Positions 34,680-43,644 of a stretch of 64,000 nucleotides of DNA are shown here, in pieces (the first letter of the stretch is position 1; each line of letters opens with the position of its first letter). Origin of the DNA: a virus; IMG/VR virus record IMGVR_UViG_3300014039_000003, positions 1 to 64,000 of that record; one strand, 5' to 3'. A model generated the notes under the pieces. It saw only the letters and a program-made list of their open reading frames with translations. It did not search any database and was not told where the DNA came from. A program made the translations under genes and the position numbers.

Positions 34680-35267
34680 TTAGATTGTTGCTAAAAGCGC
34701 GTTGATATTTCCGACCTCTGTATATACCGCAGCAGAGGTTATGGGTTTTGTATTGTCTTGTTCAACGGCAGTTGCAGCATCAACGGAGAGTTTGCCGTTT
34801 TTAACCACAAGACCATCACCTATGGCATAACCGCCAGCTCCACTCACAGGATTGTTGTTAAAAGTTAATTCGCCCTTGTCGTTTTCCCCAAGCTTATCAA
34901 GAACTTTCTGGTTTGAATGAGAACAAGAACTCGGCGGGGCACAACTATTATCTTCTATTTTGTTAACACGCCCATATACAATCGGCGATTTAATAATTGT
35001 GTCATCTATGCCAGCCCAGACCTGTATGGCTATATCACCCTCCGCTTTTATTAAGTCGGCAGAAATGACATAAGGCAACGCCCCGTCTTGCGGTTCAACC
35101 CCTTCAACTCTTTTTACTTTGCCGTCGATAAAAAACTCTATAACATAAAAGTCTGCGCCTTGTAAATCTGTTGTGAGTTGAAATATGAGCTTGGTTGCCT
35201 CATCCTCTCCGACATAGCCCATATTAAAACGAGAGCTTCTCCATAAATCGACCATTATCTCGCGCAT
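34680..35267 (-). CDS. Tail fibre/baseplate module protein (paralogue of 36575-37294 and 37513-38094)
   Basis: Shared IIKSPIV and KVLDKLGE..G..T segments; ATGA overlap with upstream gene. Confidence 0.5.
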   Translation of the reverse strand: MREIMVDLWRSSRFNMGYVGEDEATKLIFQLTTDLQGADFYVIEFFIDGKVKRVEGVEPQDGALPYVISADLIKAEGDIAIQVWAGIDDTIIKSPIVYGRVNKIEDNSCAPPSSCSHSNQKVLDKLGENDKGELTFNNNPVSGAGGYAIGDGLVVKNGKLSVDAATAVEQDNTKPITSAAVYTEVGNINALLATI

Positions 35268-35692
35268 CAATCCACTTCCTCGAAGTAGATGCCCACAAGC
35301 TGCGACGGCAGGTAGTGCATGACCGTGCCCTCGCCGCCGCTGTCGTCTCTTGTGCATCTGTAAATTTTTCCGCCGTCGAGATAGTACTTGTCTTTAAAAT
35401 ATCTCATACCCTCGGCGGCGGTTATCGGGTTGTCTATCGTGCCGTCCTCATCTGCCGTCACACGCTCCCAATGTGCGGGGGTCGCGCTCGGTAGCCATGT
35501 GGGATTGGCGGATATCGCGTTGTAGCAGCGATAGAGTTTCCCGCCGTCGCGCACCCTGTCGCCGATAGAATAATCTTTTTCTCCGCTCCACGGTTCAAAT
35601 AGGCTGATGCTCGTCAGAGCTTCGGCGTTCGTCAGCTTCGCGGCGGCTTTTGTTATCATCTCGCGAAAGCGTTTTGCCTGCGTCCTCGTCAT
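35267..35692 (-). CDS. Putative carbohydrate-binding (CBM5/12-like, duplicated YxxGDxV..GKxYRC motif) tail protein
   Basis: Two copies of chitin-binding-type motif. Confidence 0.45.
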   Translation of the reverse strand: MTRTQAKRFREMITKAAAKLTNAEALTSISLFEPWSGEKDYSIGDRVRDGGKLYRCYNAISANPTWLPSATPAHWERVTADEDGTIDNPITAAEGMRYFKDKYYLDGGKIYRCTRDDSGGEGTVMHYLPSQLVGIYFEEVD

Positions 35693-36042
35693 ATATCCGC
35701 ACCCCCTGTGATGATATCCAGTGCCTCGTCCGCCGATATGTCCTCGGGCGGCTCGGCGGCTGTCCAGATTTGCTTTATCTCGGATTCCGTTTCCGTCCAC
35801 GACTCGGTGTAATATCCGCCATCAGACGGATAATCCGCCGTAATTATCGGCTTGTATCCATACTGTAAAAGCAAATTGGGGTCAGTAGTAAAAACATCGC
35901 CGTTTTCTGTTCTTATCGGTCTCGGCGCGCCGTGCAGAGCACCGCCGACCAGTTTTCCGTATATCATATTTTTTACCCCCATGTGAAGCTGCCGCTGCCT
36001 GCATTGACGAACTTCCGCCTGCGTATCACATCGTACATGCAC
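35689..36042 (-). CDS. Hypothetical tail-associated protein
   Basis: ORF, start uncertain. Confidence 0.35.
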   Translation of the reverse strand: MHVRCDTQAEVRQCRQRQLHMGVKNMIYGKLVGGALHGAPRPIRTENGDVFTTDPNLLLQYGYKPIITADYPSDGGYYTESWTETESEIKQIWTAAEPPEDISADEALDIITGGADI

Positions 36043-36551
36043 GGATTTCCCGCAGAATCAAGGCACGGGCGGATGTCGGCGGCAGGCTCGCCGCCCTCAA
36101 AGAATTTGCAGCCGTATATTTTGGTTGTACCGGAAGCGATTTTGGGACCGGCAGTCACGTGACGTGCAAACAGATATATAGTCAGGTCGGGACCGACAAA
36201 CCCGCTGTCGTCAACAGTGGCGCTTCGCGTTTTGCCCGCAGAATCCGTGACAGTAAACACGCCCTCGTTGTTGACGATTTTTATGGGGTGAGTAAGCCCT
36301 ATCTTGCTCATCCACCCTGTATTCTTGCGCGCCATATACAGAGCGTCAGAGAACACGGCAACGAATATGCCTTTTGAGTCCTGCGCGCCGATAACAGTGC
36401 CGTCCGAGGACGAGCCGTCAATGGTGAGTTCGAGTCCGCTTTGCGCCCCATATTTATAACCCGTATCTATCCACTGCCCTCCGGAAGACTGCAAATAATT
36501 CACGGCGGTGTAATTCGACGGCAGTTCCTCAGAGTGTTCCTCCTTCTGCAT
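35973..36551 (-). CDS. Hypothetical tail-associated protein (lectin-like?)
   Basis: ORF. Confidence 0.4.
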   Translation of the reverse strand: MQKEEHSEELPSNYTAVNYLQSSGGQWIDTGYKYGAQSGLELTIDGSSSDGTVIGAQDSKGIFVAVFSDALYMARKNTGWMSKIGLTHPIKIVNNEGVFTVTDSAGKTRSATVDDSGFVGPDLTIYLFARHVTAGPKIASGTTKIYGCKFFEGGEPAADIRPCLDSAGNPCMYDVIRRRKFVNAGSGSFTWG

Positions 36552-36574
36552 GGCAGAAAGTGCCTTTCGCCTGA

Positions 36575-37294
36575 TCAAGTGCCGTCACCGACCTTCTGCG
36601 CGATAACCACGCCGTCTTTGATCGACATTTCCCATGTCTCGCCATTTGCAAAGCTCGGCGCGTTGCCAATATACTTAGTGCCAGTCGGCAGAGTGACGGT
36701 GACTGACCCGCTCTCGGCAAAGGTCAATTTGAGCCAACACTCAAAATTACCCGTCGGATATGTCAAAGTTAAGGTTGCGACATTCTCAAGGCGATATTCC
36801 GTGTTGTCAGCAAGGGTGATATTTGTGCCGGTTGTAATGTTGGACGGAATCTGGACAAACTGAGCATCAAGCCCATCAATCGAATCGCCGAGAGTGAGAA
36901 TATCTTCTTCATGTTGCTGCTGTGTCTCAACGATTGTATCGAGCGCCGTTTTTACGTTTTGTGCACCCTCCAAGGATTCATTTGTATAACTGACTTCAGA
37001 CGCTGTAGATGCTCCGCCTCCGCCACTTCCGCCACCTATAGCTGTTCCGTTATAAGTAGGTTTACCGTCACTATCCTCAGCAAACTTGTCCAAGACAGCC
37101 TTATTGCTGTGAGTGTGTTTAGCCGCCATCAACTGTTCAACTTTTGTCGAGATGTCTGTAGGTGTGTCAGAAGCTACTTCAGTCGAGTCTTGTAAGCTGC
37201 TTCCAATATAAGCCTCTACTATCGGAGATTTGATAATGTTCTCACCGTTGTTACCTATAATTTGAATACCCATAACAGATTCTATTATAGGCAT
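36575..37294 (-). CDS. Tail fibre/baseplate module protein (paralogue)
   Basis: Shares N- and internal segments with 34680-35267; Gly-rich linker GGGSGGGG. Confidence 0.5.
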   Translation of the reverse strand: MPIIESVMGIQIIGNNGENIIKSPIVEAYIGSSLQDSTEVASDTPTDISTKVEQLMAAKHTHSNKAVLDKFAEDSDGKPTYNGTAIGGGSGGGGASTASEVSYTNESLEGAQNVKTALDTIVETQQQHEEDILTLGDSIDGLDAQFVQIPSNITTGTNITLADNTEYRLENVATLTLTYPTGNFECWLKLTFAESGSVTVTLPTGTKYIGNAPSFANGETWEMSIKDGVVIAQKVGDGT

Positions 37295-37512
37295 TAGTGT
37301 AATGTCTTGCGGGACAGCGTAGTTGATTACGCCGTTACTCGCAGTTACCGTGTTCGACGCGATTACCTTCCCGCAGGTACTAAACTCTATCTTATAAGAG
37401 GTTGCGTCTTTAAGCTCGGGTGATAATGCGATTATAAGCTTGGTAGCTTTATGCTCGCCAATATACCCTATGCTTACTTTAACAGGACGCTGTAAATCTA
37501 TATATACTTCTC

Positions 37513-38094
37513 TCAGATTAAGTCACCATCCTTACTTTTAATTGTCAAGGTCAAAATTGGCGTCTTGACTACTTGTTCGTTTGAAACAGAGATAACACTG
37601 TCAGTCGCAACCCAGTTGGCTCCGTATTTTGCTTGTACGGGATATGCTCCATCATCAAGCTTTATCTTCAACCTCCATATATCATAACCGTCAAACTCTG
37701 TTATAGATGTAATTCTTGAATCGCCTTTGCTTATAGTGAGAGCCGTAGATTGTCCAGACATGAGCCTAATTTTTTCGGCTAATTTAGGCATTTTAGCTTT
37801 GTATGTAGTCGCAACAGCCGTCTTAGGGCTAACTCCGACGACCTGTACTTTCAGCCGCCCACCAACAGCCAAGTCTTTAGTAAGCGAGACAGAACACACG
37901 CCGTCGGTTGCTGTTGCACTAACAGACGATTCCTTGTTAAAGGCATCTTTGAAATGAACCGTATAGTTGAATTTCTCCCCGACCATAAGGTCGGGGAGTT
38001 TTATATTTAGGTTTGCACTATTGTTTTCGCCGTCATAGCCCCACACCACTTCTTGCGTGTTGGGGTGTTCGGCGTTTATGTAGATTTCACGCAA
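37513..38094 (-). CDS. Tail fibre/baseplate module protein (paralogue, MREI.. N-terminus)
   Basis: N-terminus resembles 34680-35267. Confidence 0.5.
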   Translation of the reverse strand: MREIYINAEHPNTQEVVWGYDGENNSANLNIKLPDLMVGEKFNYTVHFKDAFNKESSVSATATDGVCSVSLTKDLAVGGRLKVQVVGVSPKTAVATTYKAKMPKLAEKIRLMSGQSTALTISKGDSRITSITEFDGYDIWRLKIKLDDGAYPVQAKYGANWVATDSVISVSNEQVVKTPILTLTIKSKDGDLI

Positions 38095-38100
38095 ATAGCA

Positions 38101-38475
38101 TCAATCCTCTTCAATAAAGTCATAGATCGCGGCTATGTCGTCAGGGGAGAGTTCAACTCCATCCAACTCCGACAAATAAATCTTTATGTCGGGTATAGTA
38201 GCCTCTATCCCGCTAAGCTCTTTAATAGCAGCGGTACACTCGTCCGTCTTATCCTTTTGGATTTTGTAACCACTACCGCTTATGACGGGTTCGCCATTTT
38301 CATCTTTCTCTCCGTACTGCTCAATTATCTGAGAGAGACGCTCTGTGTAAAAATTCGCGTCGTCCTTCAGAGCACTGCACAGCTTTGAGATTTTGTATGC
38401 CGTTTTAGCGGGCATAGCACTACAACTTATTTTATTAAGAGCCGCACGGGCTCTGTGAGCATTTTCTATTGTCAT
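38101..38475 (-). CDS. Hypothetical protein (124 aa)
   Basis: ORF. Confidence 0.4.
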   Translation of the reverse strand: MTIENAHRARAALNKISCSAMPAKTAYKISKLCSALKDDANFYTERLSQIIEQYGEKDENGEPVISGSGYKIQKDKTDECTAAIKELSGIEATIPDIKIYLSELDGVELSPDDIAAIYDFIEED

Positions 38476-38503
38476 TTATATAAACTCCTTTTATTCATAT
38501 TGG

Positions 38504-41500
38504 TTAAAACCATGTAGCCTGACCGTTATATACCAATGTAAACTCAATTCCTGAGTTGGCAGCAAGAGCTATATGGGGGCGAACATATACCTTACCAGCA
38601 TCATTACCAGCCTGTGTTCCGTACATAAACACAGTACATCCGCCCGAAGCTCCCGCAGTGCCATTTCTCACAATGCCCGCCGTAGCAATTGTCCTTAATG
38701 TATTAGTTCTGTACGAGTTGGTCTTGCCTTCGGCAGTAAAACCGCCCATAGCTGGTGTCCATAAGGCGATTCGATAATCTGTATTAGCGGACAAAGCGAC
38801 AGTTGTAACAAACCTCGCAAAAATTATAACCGTATCGCCAAAGCGCGAAGCGTAAGCTCTCTCTTTCTTTACATAATCTGAGTTGGCTACGAGATGAAGA
38901 CTGTTGAAATTAAGAGTCCCGGTTATCTCTTTGCATTTGACGCCATTTGTGCCATTAAGCTCTATATAATTGCCAGCAGTCACAGATATAATGCCAGTAG
39001 GCGTGTTCATGGTAATACCATTAACCGCCTCAATACCAACATAATCGGTTGCGCCAAGTGCTAATTTTGCCCCGGCTATTCCGATACAGGTACTTCCAGA
39101 ACTGTCTTCGTAAAGAATAACCCTGCCGTTAGTGCCCGAACCATCAGTCTTGGTCAAATAGAGACCAGCCTCGGTTTCTCCGTCCTCTGTTTCACTTTTC
39201 AGCCACACGTCGTAGTTAGTGCCTTTGACCCTAACTGTACCCGTGAGCTGCGCGTCGCCGGTATCAAGGTTAATATAAGTCTCGCCGTCCTTTGATTTAA
39301 GCAGACCCGCAGTTATTTCACCCGCAGAAGCTCTGCGAACTTCGAGGTTGTTAACCGCATACCAACCCGCAGTAACATTAGTTTTAGTGGAAGTGTCTTT
39401 GACGAATGTGGCTATAGCGATAGAGAAGCTGACCGGAGTAAGCGCAGTGCTTTCGAGGCTTTTAGTGTCAATAGTGACTGTGCTGTTGAGCGTAGTATAA
39501 CCGCCGTTTGAAAGCGGTACTTTGTCGGAATATATGTTTTTCTTGCTCTCTACACCTTGGGCGTTACGCACAGTAACAACAAGAGCTATCTTAACATCCA
39601 ACGAATAATTGTGGAACGCTCGGCTGTACACATTGCCTGTAATTCTAAACGAGTCGCCAATTTTACACGGGTATGATTTGCTGACGTAAGCAAAATATGG
39701 TGAAGCAGTAGGGTAGGAGATAGGGGTAAGCCAACGCTCATTTATATACGGTTTGTGGGCTGTTTCGGCGGCATACTCAGCGGCTGACTTAAATCCGTAC
39801 ACATCAGCAGTCTCTTCACTAAGGTTGACATAGTTTGTGTAGTCGCCGACTGCAATGGAGTCTATAGACAAACTGCCCGTAGCTACAATACTGCCGTCCA
39901 AATACATCTGTCCGTCTTCGACGCCGAACACCTTCTTGCCGCTCGGGTCTTTTATAAGAATATCGCCGTTGTTAATCGTAAGTCCTTTATCATCTATAGT
40001 TACGCTGTAGTCTCCGTTTTCTTCAGAGCCACCAGCTATAATGAGGTTGTTACCGGCTATAATCTTGCCTATAATGACATCTCCGGCTACACCGTACTTA
40101 TAAATATCATTACCGCTTTTGTCTTTGCCGAGATACAGTTTGCCAACAGCCGTTTTCGCCGTCTCCCACCCGTCGTCTGTAAAGACTATGCAGTTGTTGA
40201 CAATGCGGAGCTGCTCGCCGTCATATATAGGATTACCCTGCGAATCCGCAAGAAAGATAGGGTTGCCGTCGACGTCGAGAGCATCCATGCCCTGTGCGTC
40301 CTTTTGTGTCTGACGCAGACGACCGAGATAGCCGCCGTCGTCTATGACTACCTCTTGGTTTTTAGCTGAGAGTGCTTTATCTTTTGTGAGAATAAGAGCC
40401 TCGTCAATCCACTTAGAAGCATCACTGACCTGCTTAGACATATCATCAACAATACCTGTGACATACTGCAAGGTAGCTTTTGACTTTGACACCTCGCCAA
40501 ACACATCATCAAATAGCGACCTCGGGTCATACTGATTGTATTTATTACCAAAGGTCAGAGATATGGTTTTGGACTCAAAATCTATGTCTATAGTGAGCAA
40601 ATGCAGTTGTTCAAACTTGTCGTCGTCTACTTCTGCGGTCACTATGCAACCACTCTCAAGCTGTGAAGTAAATGAAGAAAATTGCTGTGAAAAGATAAAC
40701 GAACGAGTTGTAACTTCAAACTTCCTGTTGGGCGTTGAAATTTTAGAAAGCTGAGTCTTGGCTCGTTTCATAAGCTCGACACACCAGTCGAATATTTCAT
40801 CCTGAGACATAATATCTGTCTTGGTAATATTATCGTCGGTGTAGTCGGCTTGCTTTATATAAGCAGAGAGTTCGCGAAGAAGCTCATCTGTAAATATGGC
40901 TTTACCGTTGACGTCTCTTGCAGTTGTAGACAAACTGCACGCCGCCTGAATAGCGTCTATCTGAGCCTTAGTTGCGTCTGCTTGTGCTTTTTGGGAATTA
41001 TATAGCGTCTGCTTCTGCGCCTTAGCTATAGATAGTTCTGCGATTTTAGCATTAACCGTTGCAAGGGCGACGGGTACAGCATCCGTAGTCGCGTCGTCGC
41101 CGACAGCACCGCTCTTTTTGAGCTGGCTAAGCAGCGATGTCTTCTTCGAGCTTATTGTGCCGGAGAGAATACAATCACGACAGGTGTAATAGATGTCAAT
41201 CTGAGTATTCAGCTTGTCTATATCCATCTGCGTTTCGCTCATAGTGAGATACTGGTTATAATACTCTCTGTTGAGAGCTACATAGCTTTCCTCTACAGAG
41301 GCAATCTTGGCTTCCCAGCGCGTAACCGCGTCTTGTAGTTCGGGGGACATCCAGTGCTTATGGTATGTAAAGTCATAGATAACAGTTGTACCAATGGGGT
41401 TAACTCGACGAATACTCATATTCTCGTCGCCTGTAACACTCAGCGCCGTATAGAGGTCGTCGTAATCTTGTGAAATATCAAGTCCCTCGATAATATTGTT

Positions 41501-42166
41501 TCTTGCAAGATGAATACTTGTAAGGTGTTGGTCGGCATAAGCAGCTCGGTCGTACACAGATATCTTGCGGTTGATTATGTCGTAACAGAACACACAATCG
41601 AACTTATCCTGCAAATCATTCATAAAGAACTCATATATGCTCGTAGACTCTGCAATCTCAAAATATCTACTGCGAGCCTTAACCTTGTCGTCTATATAGT
41701 CGAGAGACCACGACGGACATTTAGCCATAGCAAGGGTCAACACGCCGTCTTTAGTATCATTAGATATCAGCGGATAGACACCCGCCTTATAGAACGGTGC
41801 TTCAAGCTCCTCAAGCTCACGTTCGACGGACACACAGGATATTTCTTTTACTCGCCCCTCTTGGGAGAACGAGTCTTCAACACTGTCTATTATGAAATAT
41901 CCAATATCCGAGGCGTATATATATCTTCCCGTTTCGAGATCGCTGTAGGTGTCACGCACCTTTTCGTCGATAAGCGGAAGAGTGAAGGCTAACTCAGAGA
42001 GGGAGCCAAAATTGAGGGTAGCATCTATATCCTTGGCATACGGCAACGCGCACACCGAATTGGTGAGTAGATTATCTGAAGTCACATAACTGCCGGGGTT
42101 GCACACTGTGAGCAGAGGAGTCTCGAAGCGTTTGAATTTATCAAACCTTGCTATCATGTCATCCAC
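38504..42166 (-). CDS. Tail tip protein Tal (phage minor structural/prophage tail endopeptidase family) with long C-terminal extension
   Basis: N-terminal Tal-like region; 1220 aa; follows Dit. Confidence 0.7.
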   Translation of the reverse strand: MDDMIARFDKFKRFETPLLTVCNPGSYVTSDNLLTNSVCALPYAKDIDATLNFGSLSELAFTLPLIDEKVRDTYSDLETGRYIYASDIGYFIIDSVEDSFSQEGRVKEISCVSVERELEELEAPFYKAGVYPLISNDTKDGVLTLAMAKCPSWSLDYIDDKVKARSRYFEIAESTSIYEFFMNDLQDKFDCVFCYDIINRKISVYDRAAYADQHLTSIHLARNNIIEGLDISQDYDDLYTALSVTGDENMSIRRVNPIGTTVIYDFTYHKHWMSPELQDAVTRWEAKIASVEESYVALNREYYNQYLTMSETQMDIDKLNTQIDIYYTCRDCILSGTISSKKTSLLSQLKKSGAVGDDATTDAVPVALATVNAKIAELSIAKAQKQTLYNSQKAQADATKAQIDAIQAACSLSTTARDVNGKAIFTDELLRELSAYIKQADYTDDNITKTDIMSQDEIFDWCVELMKRAKTQLSKISTPNRKFEVTTRSFIFSQQFSSFTSQLESGCIVTAEVDDDKFEQLHLLTIDIDFESKTISLTFGNKYNQYDPRSLFDDVFGEVSKSKATLQYVTGIVDDMSKQVSDASKWIDEALILTKDKALSAKNQEVVIDDGGYLGRLRQTQKDAQGMDALDVDGNPIFLADSQGNPIYDGEQLRIVNNCIVFTDDGWETAKTAVGKLYLGKDKSGNDIYKYGVAGDVIIGKIIAGNNLIIAGGSEENGDYSVTIDDKGLTINNGDILIKDPSGKKVFGVEDGQMYLDGSIVATGSLSIDSIAVGDYTNYVNLSEETADVYGFKSAAEYAAETAHKPYINERWLTPISYPTASPYFAYVSKSYPCKIGDSFRITGNVYSRAFHNYSLDVKIALVVTVRNAQGVESKKNIYSDKVPLSNGGYTTLNSTVTIDTKSLESTALTPVSFSIAIATFVKDTSTKTNVTAGWYAVNNLEVRRASAGEITAGLLKSKDGETYINLDTGDAQLTGTVRVKGTNYDVWLKSETEDGETEAGLYLTKTDGSGTNGRVILYEDSSGSTCIGIAGAKLALGATDYVGIEAVNGITMNTPTGIISVTAGNYIELNGTNGVKCKEITGTLNFNSLHLVANSDYVKKERAYASRFGDTVIIFARFVTTVALSANTDYRIALWTPAMGGFTAEGKTNSYRTNTLRTIATAGIVRNGTAGASGGCTVFMYGTQAGNDAGKVYVRPHIALAANSGIEFTLVYNGQATWF

Positions 42167-42855
42167 CTCGCATTATTCCAAGTAAACTTTATCGACGACA
42201 CGCCGCCCGTAACAGAGATGATATTCTCTCCCGGAACAAGCCTTAAGAAACGCTGATTCACAAGCTTGTTATAATATTCTGTATTGGTGTTGTTTACAAT
42301 CGTTCCTATAGCGCAGTCGGCGTAAAGCACAGCGTTTGCCGTCGCATCTTTAATCTGCATAGCGCGGTTGTTATCGCTTTTATTCGTTATAGTCACATCG
42401 GCTTTTGTGTTGCCGCAGGTGATAACGAGGTACGGGTAGACATAATCCTGTATATCCGTATCGACATTAAGCGTTATATCTGAGCCAAAAGAGTTGGCTG
42501 TGACCTCCACTTTTTCCTGTATAGCCATTGTGGATGAGCACATACAAGTACAACGCCAGCCGACAGTACCCTCGGCGTATTCGATCTTCTCGGGATTACA
42601 GAACACACACTCAAGATATTGTCTTTTTATTGTGCCGTTCACATATTCAGCTTCTTTGTCATCCTCGGGGTCTATATAAAACTCTTTGAAGGTAGGGGAG
42701 TTGAAGAGCCAATTCTTTATAGCTCGCTCATGTACAGAGCAATACCCCTCTTCACCGATTATTTCAACCTCGAACTCAAGCGGAGCGCTCTCGCGGGAGA
42801 CCCCTGTAATATATCTTTTATTCTGTGCGGGAAAGAACGACGACGAGTATTCCAC
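42154..42855 (-). CDS. Distal tail protein (Dit)
   Basis: Size/position between TMP and Tal; GTG start with GGAGGG RBS. Confidence 0.55.
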   Translation of the reverse strand: MEYSSSFFPAQNKRYITGVSRESAPLEFEVEIIGEEGYCSVHERAIKNWLFNSPTFKEFYIDPEDDKEAEYVNGTIKRQYLECVFCNPEKIEYAEGTVGWRCTCMCSSTMAIQEKVEVTANSFGSDITLNVDTDIQDYVYPYLVITCGNTKADVTITNKSDNNRAMQIKDATANAVLYADCAIGTIVNNTNTEYYNKLVNQRFLRLVPGENIISVTGGVSSIKFTWNNARWMT

Positions 42856-42990
42856 AGAACCCTCCGCCGAAGTAAGCCCGTCTGTATCGATTCGCAGAAT
42901 TGAAAGATTATAACGCGACGAGTTAATTCCGTCATAAATGAACCTATTTCCTAACAGATAAATATTGACTCGCCCCTTTCTTAAAATAAT

Positions 42991-43032
42991 AAAATCCGCG
43001 TACAGTTTTGATTATTTGTACGCAGATTTTTG
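42991..43032. terminator. Bidirectional terminator-like hairpin flanked by A and T runs
   Basis: AAAATCCGCGTACA...TGTACGCAGATTTTT. Confidence 0.5.
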
Positions 43033-43034
43033 TA

Positions 43035-43062
43035 TTGAAAAATATATTTGTTGTGGTATAAT
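43035..43062 (+). promoter_or_regulatory. Promoter TTGAAA-16-TGgTATAAT for plus-strand moron 43095-43340
   Basis: Consensus spacing, extended -10. Confidence 0.55.
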
Positions 43063-43094
43063 TGCTTATGAAAAATAAAGTTGGAGGAATAGTT

Positions 43095-43340
43095 ATGGCT
43101 AAAATATGCGGAGAACATACTTGCTCTCGATGCGGAACGGTGATTGCTTGGGAGTACCATATTCCGAATAAATTGTCAAGCGGACAATGTGAGGTAGAAG
43201 ATTTTATTTCTTCTAAGCACCACCCGGTTAGAGTCAACAGTGTCTCGTCAAGCACAATTGCCCTACGAATTACCTGCTCGAATTGCGGTCAACCTGACGA
43301 ATTTATTTGCAACTCTTGCAGTTCTCGCAATGCGGAATAA
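43095..43340 (+). CDS. Small Cys-rich (two zinc-ribbon) moron protein
   Basis: GGAGG RBS 7 nt upstream; CxxC x2. Confidence 0.45.
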   Translation: MAKICGEHTCSRCGTVIAWEYHIPNKLSSGQCEVEDFISSKHHPVRVNSVSSSTIALRITCSNCGQPDEFICNSCSSRNAE

Positions 43341-43521
43341 GTGATTTTAAACATATCCAATCGAGCTTCTTAAGATGCTTACAGTAAAGATCACCCGCGT
43401 ATATTTTTATTGACAACATACGGCGGGGACAGACATACGAGAAGCAATCCTCCTCCGCAATATATTTTCTATTGCACAAAAACTCTTTCTGACATTTAGT
43501 CAGCTTCTGTTTGCGTTTGTT
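43303..43521 (-). CDS. Small Cys-rich basic moron protein; 3' end overlaps convergent 43095-43340 by ~38 bp
   Basis: Preceded by duplicated GAATGAAAGGAAT leader. Confidence 0.4.
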   Translation of the reverse strand, partial: NKRKQKLTKCQKEFLCNRKYIAEEDCFSYVCPRRMLSIKIYAGDLYCKHLKKLDWICLKSLIPHCENCKSCK

Positions 43522-43541
43522 CATTCCTTTCATTCCTTTCG
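43522..43541 (-). promoter_or_regulatory. Conserved leader/RBS motif GAATGAAAGGAAT (tandem x2)
   Basis: Same 13-mer upstream of 4 minus-strand small genes. Confidence 0.5.
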
Positions 43542-43644
43542 TTCGTATCACACCACGTAATAAACGGGGAAATATTTATGAAAATATCTCCCCGCCATAT
43601 GCTTGACATTGTTTTACGATGTGATATAATCAGCCTATAGAAAA

